A stretch of DNA of 63,424 nucleotides, the filler included, from Squatina squatina (Eukaryota): NCBI GenBank assembly GCA_031763465.1. It is 4 parts of 3 records of this genome, joined end to end, with 100 filler letters (N's around TTAATTAATTAA, not from the genome) between each part and the next. Parts side by side here need not be neighbours in the genome. Positions count along the whole stretch, not along the records: positions 48,064 to 63,424 come from JARFOE010000234.1; 3 more parts are not named here. One strand, written 5' to 3'. The notes below the pieces were generated by a model that was not told the origin of the DNA, searched no databases, and was given only the letters and a program-made list of their open reading frames with translations. The translations under genes were made by a program, and so were the position numbers. Of the stretch, positions 52,165 to 63,055 are shown piece after piece. The stretch's first letter is position 1; every line of letters starts with the position of its first letter.

Positions 52165-52722
52165 ACCCCTTAGTATCCCATGGCGACCCCTTCCACCTTC
52201 CCCCCCCTCACGGCTGAAATAGGCCAGTGCCCACGAGGCTGCTGCGAGCGGGTCGCGAACTGGGTTGAAATTCTTTCACGGGGTGAAGTTAAAGGGAAGG
52301 TGGGGAGCGCTGCACACCACCATTTTCCCGTTTTGGCCAAGTCTTGAGTCTCCGTGGCACAGTCCGGGCCGCCATCATGGAGTCCGGCATTCCATTCGGG
52401 CTGCAGTCTAGGCACCACGCCACCCTGGTGGCCCAGTGGAGCGCATCAGAGGCCTGGTAGAGTGCGCAAAGGCCCTCCCCTTTAACGGAGGAGAGACGTT
52501 GAAACGCATCAGCGCAATGCGGAGAAGCCGCATAGCGTCCCCAAACCCGCTCCAACAGGAAGTGGAGCGTGCAACAGGAACGAGTAACATTGCGCTCAAC
52601 TTCCTGTAAGGGGCAGTAACCGCAATTTCACAGCCGGGGTGGGACTTCTGCTCCGGGCGCAGGAAGTCCCGCCCTGACTCAGTTACTGCCTCCAGATGGG
52701 AGGCTGGGGAATTTCACCCGCC
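52165..52722. other. CpG-rich palindromic segment: Harbinger-like element end and/or PPIP5K2 upstream regulatory DNA
   Basis: High CpG density, internal inverted repeats (52611-52620/52682-52690; 52636-52650/52660-52674), ends GAATTTCACCC. Confidence 0.5.
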
Positions 52723-52890
52723 AAATATATTCCTTCAGCAGACCAAGTAAAAAGTTTGGTGTCAGAAGCTTGCAGCTCACCTTCATCTGCACATTCAAAA
52801 ATGACAATGCATAGAAGTAGTTCTAACCGTGAAAATGTGCAAGACCCAGATGAATGATGGCTGTATAAAATAAGTAATGCTCGCAAACAC

Positions 52891-52896
52891 TTTATT
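52891..52896 (-). terminator. Candidate PAM polyadenylation signal AATAAA
   Basis: AATAAA on the minus strand about 680 nt after the PAM stop; second candidate at 52972-52977. Confidence 0.5.
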
Positions 52897-53572
52897 ACAC
52901 AAATTACATTCAGCGACCGAAAATAGTGTTTTGACAATATAACAATTTCCCCCCATAATTGAAGTTTGACATTTATTATGAATACATCAAAAAATGAATT
53001 TTGCTGTAAATACAGAATTCATATCTCTGTATGTACAGTTTCCTCTTCAGTAAACAGGACAGTTATAGATAGAAACCAAGACAAAAAGTAGCAGCTTCGC
53101 TTCCCTTTTGTGGCATAATTGGACTACAGTAGACTGAGGATGCTTGATAGAGAAGGCACAATATTACTTACACACTGGAATATCAAACTAAAGTGCCAGA
53201 CAGGACAGTAGCCAAATGCTACACCTCGAGCGGAGAAAAGTGACTGACTCACTAACACAGGTTTATAGCTCCAGCAAAGTAAGGCAGTAACAATTAAAGG
53301 ATATTCATTAGGGCCCAAAGCAGTAGATTTTGCTTTAGTATTCAGACAATAGCTGGTCCCAAGAATAAAACCGGCCTGATTGTTTAGATATGGTAGCAAC
53401 AGCATGATATGAAAGGCTCCACAAATAAATAAAAACTTACATGTTGTATAGCCAAACCAGATTAGTACAGTTACTATCAAACACACATCCTGAATATATC
53501 TGCTTTTAGGAAAACAAAATGGGAACTCAATGTATTGTCATCGTTATCAGATCAAATTGGAATCAGCATATT

Positions 53573-53757
53573 TCAGGAGGATGAGGTGGTGGGTGGAAGT
53601 GGCGGTGCAGAATACTCTTCTGTTTCTGAGTCAGTGCCTTCCTCATCATCTTTTTCTTGATCGCTTCCTTCAGTACTCAATCTGTCAAAACCTGTTCGGC
53701 TATAACCCCTGTGGCTTGCAAAGAAGTTACCCAAGTTTAGTCCTCGGCTGCTTTTTC
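53573..53757 (-). CDS. PAM: PAM terminal coding exon, cytosolic tail (GKSSRGLNLGNFFASHRGYSRTGFDRLSTEGSDQEKDDEEGTDSETEEYSAPPLPPTTSSS*)
   Basis: TTTTTGACAG acceptor, TGA stop; GLNLGNFFAS..GYSR.GFDRLSTEGSDQEK is the PAM routing domain. Confidence 0.96.
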
Positions 53758-53934
53758 CTGTCAAAAATAATTAAATCCCTCAGAATATGCAAAATATAAG
53801 AAAACTCTTAGATCCACTGTCTTCTTTCCATGAGAAATCAGCAATGTTGCTGCAGCATTACCATAAAAGATTGTGAACGTTGAAGACAGCATTAATTCTG
53901 GAAATGTTTAGCCTTCATCTTACAATGGTCTTAC

Positions 53935-53997
53935 CTCTAAGCCTCCCCAAGATTCCTCCTGACGATTGTATTGACTCCAATTTGCTGTCAGGATCCT
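53935..53997 (-). CDS. PAM: PAM penultimate coding exon (DPDSKLESIQSSGGILGRLR)
   Basis: 63-bp phase 1/1 exon, TTTTATAG acceptor, GTAAGA donor; resembles recalled DSEHKLETSSGRVLGRFR. Confidence 0.88.
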
Positions 53998-54234
53998 CTA
54001 TAAAAGATAAAATAAAGCAGGTCAGACTGCAGTTTCTGAGAAACAAATAATACACTTTTGGAAGATTTATTTAAAATAACAGCTCACAAATTAAGGACAA
54101 CAAAAGAAAATGCGAAATGCAGGAGGAACTTTTTNNNNNNNNNNNNNNNNNNNNNNNNNNNNNNNNNNNNNNNNNNNNNNNNNNNNNNNNNNNNNNNNNN
54201 NNNNNNNNNNNNNNNNNNNNNNNNNNNNNNNNNN

Positions 54235-54642
54235 TGGGTTTTTTCTCAGAGGAGAAAAGTGTTCAAAGGAGATTTGACAGAGGTATTCGAAGTCATGAAC
54301 AGTTTTGATAGTATAGTAAAGGAGTAATTGTTTCTAGTGGTAGAAGGGTCAGTAACCACAGGGCACAGATTTAAGGTGACTGGCAAAAGGACCAGGGGCA
54401 CCATGACTAAATACTTTTTTATGCAGCGAGTCGCTGTAATCTAGAATGCGCTGTCTGAAAGTGTGTTGGAAGTAGATTCAATAGTAACNNNNNNNNNNGT
54501 AACTTTCAAAAGGGAATTGCATAAATACTTGAAGGGAAAGAGGAGGGGAGTGGGACTAATTGGATAGCTCTACCAAAGAGCTGGCACACGCACGATGGGC
54601 CGAATGGCCTCCTTCTGTGCTGTATCATTCTGTAATTCTATG
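54235..54642 (+). mobile_element. CR1 LINE 3' end, antisense in a PAM intron
   Basis: GDLTEVF.VM..FD, FF.QRV...NAL motifs, 3' hairpin GGGCCGAATGGCCT and (ATTCTRTG)-like tail. Confidence 0.88.
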
Positions 54643-55432
54643 AAATCAGGAATGGTAACCCTGCAGCACTGACTTCTCTATTACACTTCTGTGATAAATG
54701 AACACAAATCAAAGATGAAGTCACAATTACAGAACTGTGATCAATTCTAGAAATATGATTCCCTTTGTTGGACCTACTTTATTTTTGCGGAGATGGCAAA
54801 TCTATTTTATAAAAGTCAAGTTCACTTTGTGCAGTTAATGAAAAAATATTGCTGTCTTACAGCAATAAATGACATTATCTGCCCTTCCAAAAGTCACATT
54901 TCATTTAAATCATGTGTCTGCTACTTTAGAATAAAATTCAGAGGCAATTCCATGGCAAATTCTTTACCTAAAACTCAGACAATTTCCAATTCAACATTCA
55001 TGCAAGAGTACATTTGTCTTTTGTGGACATCTATCGTTATTTTGATTGTGGGCATGATGACAATATCACAGTGGTATATACAGTGGCCTGGAGCATCACC
55101 TTCCAGGCAACAAAGGTCAAAGGGAAAACAAAAATAAATTGGGGGGGGGGGGGGGGAAAGGGGGGTGGAAGCAGTGGTATATTTGAAGGTCTATAGACTA
55201 AATTCTCCACACCTCACACTTGATAGGCAACACGAACCATACTGGCCACATGGTACATTGGTAAGGGCTAGTTTAAAACAAATAAAATGGTGATTTATTG
55301 TGACCATTTTTCAAAATAATGCTTAGGTAACAATTAGAAACTGTTACACATTGTAGGAGAATATACACACGCAGCAATGAAATGAATGGCAAGCTAGGTC
55401 ACGCGAATAAAATTAATCAACTGAAAGCTTAC

Positions 55433-55532
55433 TTTCTGCTGGTACAAATTTCCACACTATGGTTGCTTGGACATCCCCAACATATACCGTCTTATCATCT
55501 GCTGCAACAATGTCATGTGGCATCAGGAAGTT
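55433..55532 (-). CDS. PAM: PAM PAL-domain last blade exon (NFLMPHDIVAADDKTVYVGDVQATIVWKFVPAE)
   Basis: 100-bp phase 0/1 exon, AG acceptor, GTAAGC donor; MPHDI contains a PAL Zn-ligand His. Confidence 0.95.
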
Positions 55533-56054
55533 CTTGAGAAAATAAATAAATCAATGTTAGTCACTGAACTCCAGTTCCAGGCTGAACTCAGCTGCCTTCT
55601 CCCCTCATTGACCTCTCACTTGGAGCAGTCTGCTGAAATTCTCTATTAACACTTACCGGTCTGGCAGGCCCTGGGCCACATTCTGTGCCACACTCACTTC
55701 CTTACCTTCTCAGCAAAGACTCGCAGTCAGCCACTCGCAGCTCCAAAGAGGCGCCTTTCTCAGGTGTGCGCGGAACACAGGAACACAGGTGAGCTGTGCT
55801 AGGTACCTAGCCTGTGCTGTGTCTGATCCAGCATGTCCGGATGGTGGGAGACGGCAGGATTAGGTTCTGCTGCCATGCCCCCCGCGGTTGACTATCCTGC
55901 CCATGCCCACCAGCGAGATTCACTTTATGACGAATGTCCTGTTTGGATGATGATATCGGATAGCTGTCAGCCTTCATGGAGCTGTATCATAGAGACTGTG
56001 GGCCCACAATCTTGGCTGCAAATCTCGGCAGATGGAGGTCTCTGCTGAAAAGTG

Positions 56055-56255
56055 GGTGTATGTATAGATTGCGCGGATGTACATGTGTCTGTGTATCTGT
56101 ATATATGTGCGTTTGGATGTGTATGTATATGTGGGTGTCTACATGTGTGTACATGTGTATAAGTGAGTATGTGTGTGCGTGGGTGCACATGCATGATTGC
56201 ATGCATGTGGGTACGTGTGGAGGGGTGTGTGCGTATGCATGAGTGGGTGTGTACA
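56055..56255. repeat. Degenerate (TG/TA)n low-complexity tract
   Basis: Alternating purine-pyrimidine run. Confidence 0.85.
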
Positions 56256-56498
56256 GGGCCTTGGTGAGACCANNNNNNNNNNNNNNNNNNNNNNNNNNNN
56301 NNNNNNNNNNNNNNNNNNNNNNNNNNNNNNNNNNNNNNNNNNNNNNNNNNNNNNNNNNNNNNNNNNNNNNNNAATCACAACACTCTATAGAATACATTTT
56401 TCTTCACATCTCTTAAAATGTATTATAGCAGATAAAAAAATTCGCTGCACACCAAAATATTAAATTACAGAGTAACTGCACAAGGTCAACTCACGTAC

Positions 56499-56628
56499 TT
56501 CTCATCCCACACATGGTTTCCTCTGTGAAAAATGATGAGGTTATCTTTGGAATCCAGAGCAACTCCAGAAACTTGGCCCAGCTTTAGTTTCCATCCAGGC
56601 CAGTCAATTGCCTCTTCCAAGTGAGGGA
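56499..56628 (-). CDS. PAM: PAM first PAL exon (PHLEEAIDWPGWKLKLGQVSGVALDSKDNLIIFHRGNHVWDE)
   Basis: 130-bp phase 1/2 exon, TAG acceptor, GTACGT donor; GQVSGVALD...FHRG.HVWD PAL signature. Confidence 0.95.
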
Positions 56629-57689
56629 CTACAAATTGGAAAGAAAAAGTCATTAGCAATAAATAAATATATTAATTTACATTTGGCATACAGATGCAAT
56701 TGTACACATTTCATTATCACACATGAAAAGCAGACGTCAGTATTTGTTTTAAATATTGGGAACATGGGTGGATCATCTCTCTATAATGCAGTAATCAAAA
56801 TAAGCTGTTACCTTGTGAAGTCCTAAAGTAATTCAAAACCAGTAGCAGTTATTCAATATAAAAAATACTGAATGGCTGAATTACTGAGTCTGATTATTGT
56901 TTGTGATCTATTGGAAGCTACCTGGCATTTGTCAAAAGTAAATCAATAAAAATTAACAATTGCCATCCGTGCCTAAAATATGTCTAATTATAATGCTGTT
57001 TGAAGCTAAGCTCATATTTAGGATTTCTCAACCATTCCAGCAATGAACCCAGAAATCCGCAGGAGCGACAGCCTGACATAACTAACAGGATGAGCCGACT
57101 GGGAGTCTTCAGAGCATGCAAGGTCAGGAGTTTCCCTAATTTTAATAACTGTGGCAGGTGCCCATGTTACTCAGGGTGGAGGTCAGGCACCTGCCAGCTG
57201 AGTGAGGCTGCAAAATATCTAAAAAAAGAGGTGGTGTCAAGGCCAATTTTCAAGCATGTTGGACTTGGCTGGCAGCCACAATTCATGCCTAGTGGCAACC
57301 ACGTAAAAGAGGTGACCTCGTAAACTCTGCCATAACCTGCGCCGGGAGGTCACCAGCAGGTACTTGCATATCCACACTTATGTAAGGATGCAGTCTCTCC
57401 CCTGGGAGGATTATCAGCCTCTATTTATCACAATTTTCTTTTAGTGGGGCTCATGGAGAGATGCAGCAAACATGATAGCAGTTGCTGAAAAATTACTCGT
57501 CATTCTACCATAGTGAACCTGAGTACTTACCAGACACAGAGAAGGAGGATGTGCAAGAGCATCAGACCAGTGAATAATTTTGCTTGAAATTTAATTCAAT
57601 GATTTTTTTTTTGTCTTGATATTCTTAGAGGATTACCAAAACTGGATTTGTGTTACAGTCTTTCTTGTCTTCTGCTCATTGTTAGCATC

Positions 57690-58180
57690 CAACAACAACT
57701 TATATTTATATAGTACCTTTAACGTAGTGAAATATCCCAAGGCGCTTCGCAGGAGACAAAAAATTTGACACCGAGCCGCATAAGGAGAAATTAAGGCAGG
57801 TGACCAAATAATTGGTCAAAGATGTAGGTTTTAAGGAGCGTCTTAAAGGAGGAGAGAGATAGAGTGGAGGGAGTTCCAGACAGAAGGCAAGACCACCAAT
57901 GGTTGAGCGATTAAAATCAGGGATGCTCAAGAGGGCAGAATTAGTGGAGCGCAGATATCTCAGGGGGTTGTGGGGCTGGAGGAGATCACAGAGTTCGGGA
58001 GAGGTGAGGCCATGGATGGATTTGAAAACAAGGATGAGAATTTTGAAATGGAGGCGTTGCTTAACTGGGAGCCAATGTAGCTCAGAGAGCACAGGGGGTG
58101 GTGGGTGAGTGGGACTTGGTGTGAGTTAGGACACGGGCAGAAGAGGTTTAGATGACCTCAGGTTTACGTAGGGTAGAACG
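57690..58180 (-). mobile_element. L2-clade LINE 3' end
   Basis: LSELHWLPVKQRLHFKILILVFK...LRS...GG.AF motifs followed by a (TTG)n tail. Confidence 0.9.
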
Positions 58181-58435
58181 TGGTACCTTTAGATGTCTCG
58201 CCGGGCTAGAGTTCTTCTCCCGCTGATTGAGGGAATCAGGGGAGGTGAGAAGTTAAACGTGAAAGAGGAAAAAAAACCTTGCATTTATCTAGCGCAAGGA
58301 CATGCCGAAGCGCTTTACAGCTGGAGCCAGAACTGCATGTGGAGGGTGAGAGAGGATTGGCAGAAGATGGAAATGGGGGCAGTGAAGATTTCTCCTCTCC
58401 TCAAGTTTTCTCCATTGAATTTAGTCTCCCACCCT

Positions 58436-60546
58436 GTCCTCTCTCTAGTGGAGTAACCTCTCTAGTGGAGTCCCCTCTCTCGAGTGGAGTCCTCTCTCTC
58501 GAGTGGAGTCCCCTCTCTAGTGGAGTCCTCACCAGTGGAGTCTCCTCTCTAGTGGAGTCCTCTCTCCAGTGGAGTCCCCTCTCTAGTGGAGTCCTCTCTC
58601 GAGTGGAGTCTCCTCTCTAGTGGAGTCCTCTCTCGAGTGGAGTCCCCTCTCTAGTGGAGTCCTCTCTCTAGTGGAGTCCCCTCTCTAGTGGAGTCCTCTC
58701 TCGAGTGGAGTCCTCTCTCGAGTGGAGTCACCTCTCTAGTGGAGTCCTCTCTCCAGTGGAGTCCTCTCTCTAGTTGTCTCCTCTCTAATTGAGTCCTCTC
58801 TCTAGTGGAGTCACCTCTCTAGTGGAGTCCTCTCTCTAGTGGAGTCCTCTCCAGTGGAGTCCTCTCTCGAGTGGAGTCTCCTCTCTAGTGGAGTCCTCTC
58901 TCGAGTGGAGACTCTCTCGAGTGGAGTCTCCTCTCTAGTGGAGTCCTCTCTCGAGTGGAGACTCTCTCGAGTGGAGTCTCCTCTCCAGTGGAGTCCTCTC
59001 TTGAGTGGAGTCCTCTCTAGTGGAGTCCTCTCTCTAGTGGATTCCCCTCTAGTGGAGTCCTCTCTCGAGTGGAGTCCTCTCTCTAGTGGAGTTATCTCCA
59101 GTGGAGTCCTCTCTCGAGTGTAGTCCTCTATATTGGAGTCCTCTCTCTAGTGGAGTCCACTCTCTAGCGGAGTACCCGCGCTCGTTGTCTCCTCTCTAGT
59201 GGAGTCCTCTCTCTAGTGGAGTCCCCTCTCCAGGGAGTCCTCTCTCGAGTGCAGTTCTCTCTATTGGAGTCCTTTCTAGTGGAGACCTCTCTCCAGTGTA
59301 GCCCTCTCTCTAGTGGAGTCCTCTCTCTAGTGGAGTCTCCTCTCTAGTGGAGTCTCCTCTCTAGTGGAGTCCTCTCTCTAGTGGAGTCCTCTCTCTAGTT
59401 GTCTCCTCTCTAGTGGCGTCCTCTCTCTAGTGGAGTCTCCTCTCAAGTGGAGTCCTCTCTCTAGTGGAGTCCACTCTCTAGCGGAGTCCTCTCTCTAGTG
59501 GAGTCCTCTCTCTAGTGGAGTCCTCTCTCTAGTGCAGTTCTCTCTATTGGAGTCCTTTCTAGTGGAGTCCTCTCTCTAGTTGTCTCCTAAGTAGTGGAGT
59601 CCTCTCTCTAGTGGAGTCTCCTCTCTAGTTGTCTCCTCTCTAGTGGAGTCCACTCTCTAGTGGAGTCCTCTCTCTACTTGTCTCCTCTCTAATGGAGTCC
59701 TCTCTCTAGTGGAGTCACCTCTCTAGTGGAGTCCTCTCTCTAGTGCAGTTCCCTCTCTAGTGGAGTCTCCTCTCTAGTGGAGTCCTCTCTCTAGTGCAGT
59801 TCCCTCTCTAGTGGAGACTCCTCTCTAGTGGAGTCCTCTCTCTAGTGGAGTCCTCTCTCTAGTGGAGTCCCCTCTCTAGTGGAGTCTCCTCTCTAGTGGA
59901 GTCCTCTCTCTAATTGAGTCCTCTCTGTAGTGGAGTCACCTCTTTAGTGGAGTCCTCTCTATTGGAGTCCTCCCTCCAGTGGAGTCTCCTCTCTAGTGGA
60001 GTCTCCTCTCTAGTGGAGTCCTCTCTCCAGTGGAGTCCTCTCTAGTGGAGTCCTCCCTCCAGTGGAGTCTCCTCTCCAGTGGAGTCCTCTCTCCAGTGGA
60101 GTCTCCTCTCTAGTGGAGTCCTCTCTCCAGTGGAGTCTCCTCTCTAGTGGAGTCCTCTCTCCAGTGGAGTCTCCTCTCTAGTGAAGTCCCCTCTCAAGTT
60201 ATCTCCTCTCGAGTGGAGTCCCCTCTATAGTGGAGTCCTCTCCCTAGTGGAGTCCCCTCTCCAGGTAGTCCTCTCTCGAGTGCATTTCTCTCTATTGGAG
60301 TCCTTTCTATTGCAGTCCTCTCTCTAGTTGTCTCATCTCCAGTGGAGTCCTCTCTCGAGTGGAGTCCTCTCTCCAGTGGAGTCCACTCTAGTGGAGTGCT
60401 CCTTCCAGTGGAGTCTCCTCTCCAGTGGAGTCGCCTCTCCAGTGGAGTCCTCTCTAGTGGAGTCCTCCCTCCAGTGGAGTCTCCTCTCCAGTGGAGTCCT
60501 CTCTCTACTTGTCTCCTCTCTAATGGAGTCCTCTCTCTAGTGGAGT
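58436..60546. repeat. 17-bp minisatellite, consensus TGGAGTCCTCTCTCTAG, roughly 120-130 units, truncated by a gap
   Basis: Direct reading; 15-bp and substituted variants present. Confidence 0.95.
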
Positions 60547-60899
60547 NNNNNNNNNNNNNNNNNNNNNNNNNNNNNNNNNNNNNNNNNNNNNNNNNNNNNN
60601 NNNNNNNNNNNNNNNNNNNNNNNNNNNNNNNNNNNNNNNNNNNNNNCAACAATGCAAACCGGTGCCCTATAGTTTGAATCAATAAGCTTTAATTGCTGTC
60701 ACATCATCTCCTAATGCTATGTTCTTTGAAAGTCAATTTAATAAATCACAATTAGGAATCACAGGGATTGGCTCAATTACGCATCAACAGAGCCATTGTG
60801 TTACCATTGCTGTCACAGCAAACCGACCACATAACATAAAATATTTATGTCGTAGCTTAGAAATGAATGTTACCTGACATTTAATAAAAAATTAATCAC

Positions 60900-61081
60900 C
60901 TGTATGATGTCCAGGCATAGCCATATCTGGGCTGACAGGAATTGGAATATTTGCCTCTGAAGGAATATGTTTAAACAATTCAGGACTACCTTCTTGCATG
61001 CAGTACATGTATGGCTTGGCATGCTTAGCTTCCATGTAATACATGATATACAAGTTGCACATCTCATCTTTGGATGTTCCT
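60900..61081 (-). CDS. PAM: PAM PHM-domain C-terminal exon (GTSKDEMCNLYIMYYMEAKHAKPYMYC...IPSEANIPIPVSPDMAMPGHHT)
   Basis: 182-bp phase 2/1 exon, CAG acceptor, GTGATT donor; DEMCN contains the CuM methionine ligand. Confidence 0.96.
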
Positions 61082-62068
61082 CTGTAAGCAAAGCAAAATA
61101 ATTGCATGCTTAATACATTCAAACAGGTTTCCCATATGTTTTATACCACAGCATCCAAAATACAAACTTTTCCTTACAAATTTCTATAATTTCTATTGAT
61201 GTTCCATGTGTTCTGTTAAAAGGACGATTCACCAAAACCAATTCTCCATCTCACTCATGCCATCAAGAGGAGACAGAAGTCAGAGGCCAGATGCTTTCCA
61301 TTGGAAGAGCGGTGAAATCAGAAGAGTCACTGCTGGCCACATTCACAGATCAAAGAGCTGGCTCAAAACCAGACTGGCAGAGGAAATGGTGCATGATAGA
61401 GAGGAATGCTTATATTACAGATATAAATAGAAATAGCTCCACTAATTTTTCTAACTCAAAAAAGCAGTGAATAGAGACCTCATAACAGCAAAAGGAATAA
61501 ATATAATTAGAGGTGCTGTGTAAACCTGCAAATAATGAGAAAACAGGGCTCCTAAAAAGGCTATGTAAATACCATAATACGCCATATTACAAATGGAAAA
61601 TTGTTCAAATGACCTATTTTAAGCTTTTGCTATGTTTTTAAACTTGTAAAAGAATAAAGTAGGTTGTGGCTGGAATGAGATCATAAGGACATTGCTGGCA
61701 GAAAAATGAATGTGATATCTAGAGGTGGAACATCTGCAATCTAAGAGCATAATTGACTCCTGGAAATACTGAATTGCTGAAAAACAAGAAGCAAAGGACC
61801 TTGAAGATGGTTAAAATAAGATGGGAGAAAATTGGTCATAAACAAGTTGGGTATAAATANNNNNNNNNNNNNNNNNNNNNNNNNNNNNNNNNNNNNNNNN
61901 NNNNNNNNNNNNNNNNNNNNNNNNNNNNNNNNNNNNNNNNNNNNNNNNNNNNNNNNNNNAGTTTTGGGAGAGGGTGGATGATAATACATCATTTTATTGC
62001 TGCTCTTATAATGGGATACCATAAAGATATCCTAAACCTTTTATAAGAGCTCAAATCTGGATACTTAC

Positions 62069-62117
62069 TGAAGAAATGTCATCTGTAGTGTTACACCAGA
62101 GCAATCTTTGTGATTAT
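62069..62117 (-). CDS. PAM: PAM PHM short exon (NHKDCSGVTLQMTFL)
   Basis: 49-bp phase 1/2 exon, TTTCAG acceptor, GTAAGT donor; KDCSGV motif; in frame with 62972-63055. Confidence 0.93.
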
Positions 62118-62971
62118 CTGAAAGAAAAATATATAAATATGAAGCTTCGATGGAGTTAAAATTGCCTTTAAACAGTTACAATTTCACATTTTTATCGTAT
62201 TTTTTCTCTCAGAATTTTCAAAGTATCTTCTGTCATCAAGACATTACCTTTCAGTAATCTCTTCACGTTGAGCTGCGGAAGATTTTGAATTCGCATTAGT
62301 TTATTCACAGTGCCTTGCAAACCAAATTAATCTGCTCTGTGCTGGTGTACCCAAAATGAAATTTTTCCCTGATATCACTCGCTTTCTGTGGCAAATGTAG
62401 ATCAGAAGTTTTACAGGAAAAATCAACTAATATATATTTAAAGTTAAATTAAATTATGAAACAACAGAATTTGACAAATATCATCAATACAATACAGAAC
62501 TATGAGCATAACCTATTAACAGGTTAAATAGCCTATTCAAAAAATGTGCTTAGTANNNNNNNNNNNNNNNNNNNNNNNNNNNNNNNNNNNNNNNNNNNNN
62601 NNNNNNNNNNNNNNNNNNNNNNNNNNNNNNNNNNNNNNNNNNNNNNNNNNNNNNNTGCTTCTCAGAATCTTTCTTTCTCACTGGAATATGTCCTTCAGAG
62701 TTATGAAATATTTCCTTAAATGTCTGCCATGATTTTGTAGCAGATGCAAAGGATCTGCCCAGCGAAACTTGATAGATCGCAAGTTCTGGGTTTCTGCGCA
62801 TACGGATGATGCCATTCTGAAGGCTTCCAACAGCGTATGCTGTCAGTAGCACTGTAATTTCAGGACCACTGCATTTTCATTTTATATAAAAATAAAATAT
62901 TAACTGTCGAACGTCAGACCCACTTGCAAATGTAATTTTCACAATTATTTCTCTATTGATGAGACTCTTAC

Positions 62972-63055
62972 CTCTAAATGCAGTCACGTCTCCATAATGA
63001 ACCTGAAGAACAATGTAGTTAATATCTGTGTTTCCACCAACTCTAAATCCAACAT
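62972..63055 (-). CDS. PAM: PAM PHM exon (VGFRVGGNTDINYIVLQVHYGDVTAFR)
   Basis: 84-bp phase 1/1 exon, TAG acceptor, GTAAGA donor; LQVHY contains a CuH histidine ligand. Confidence 0.96.

Noticed and set aside
55967-56463. His/Thr- or Cys/Val-rich ORFs
   Set aside because: Translations of a TG/TA low-complexity tract
57525-57565. Signal-peptide-like mini-exon MLLHILLLCV with a GTAAGT donor upstream of the first PAL exon (possible stand-alone PAL isoform)
   Set aside because: It ends in phase 2 whereas the PAL exon starts in phase 1; the phase-compatible frame has a stop
58193-60682. Repetitive ORFs (VESSLEWSPLSSGV...) and a CRISPR-like appearance
   Set aside because: These are translations of a 17-bp minisatellite; there are no spacers and no cas genes
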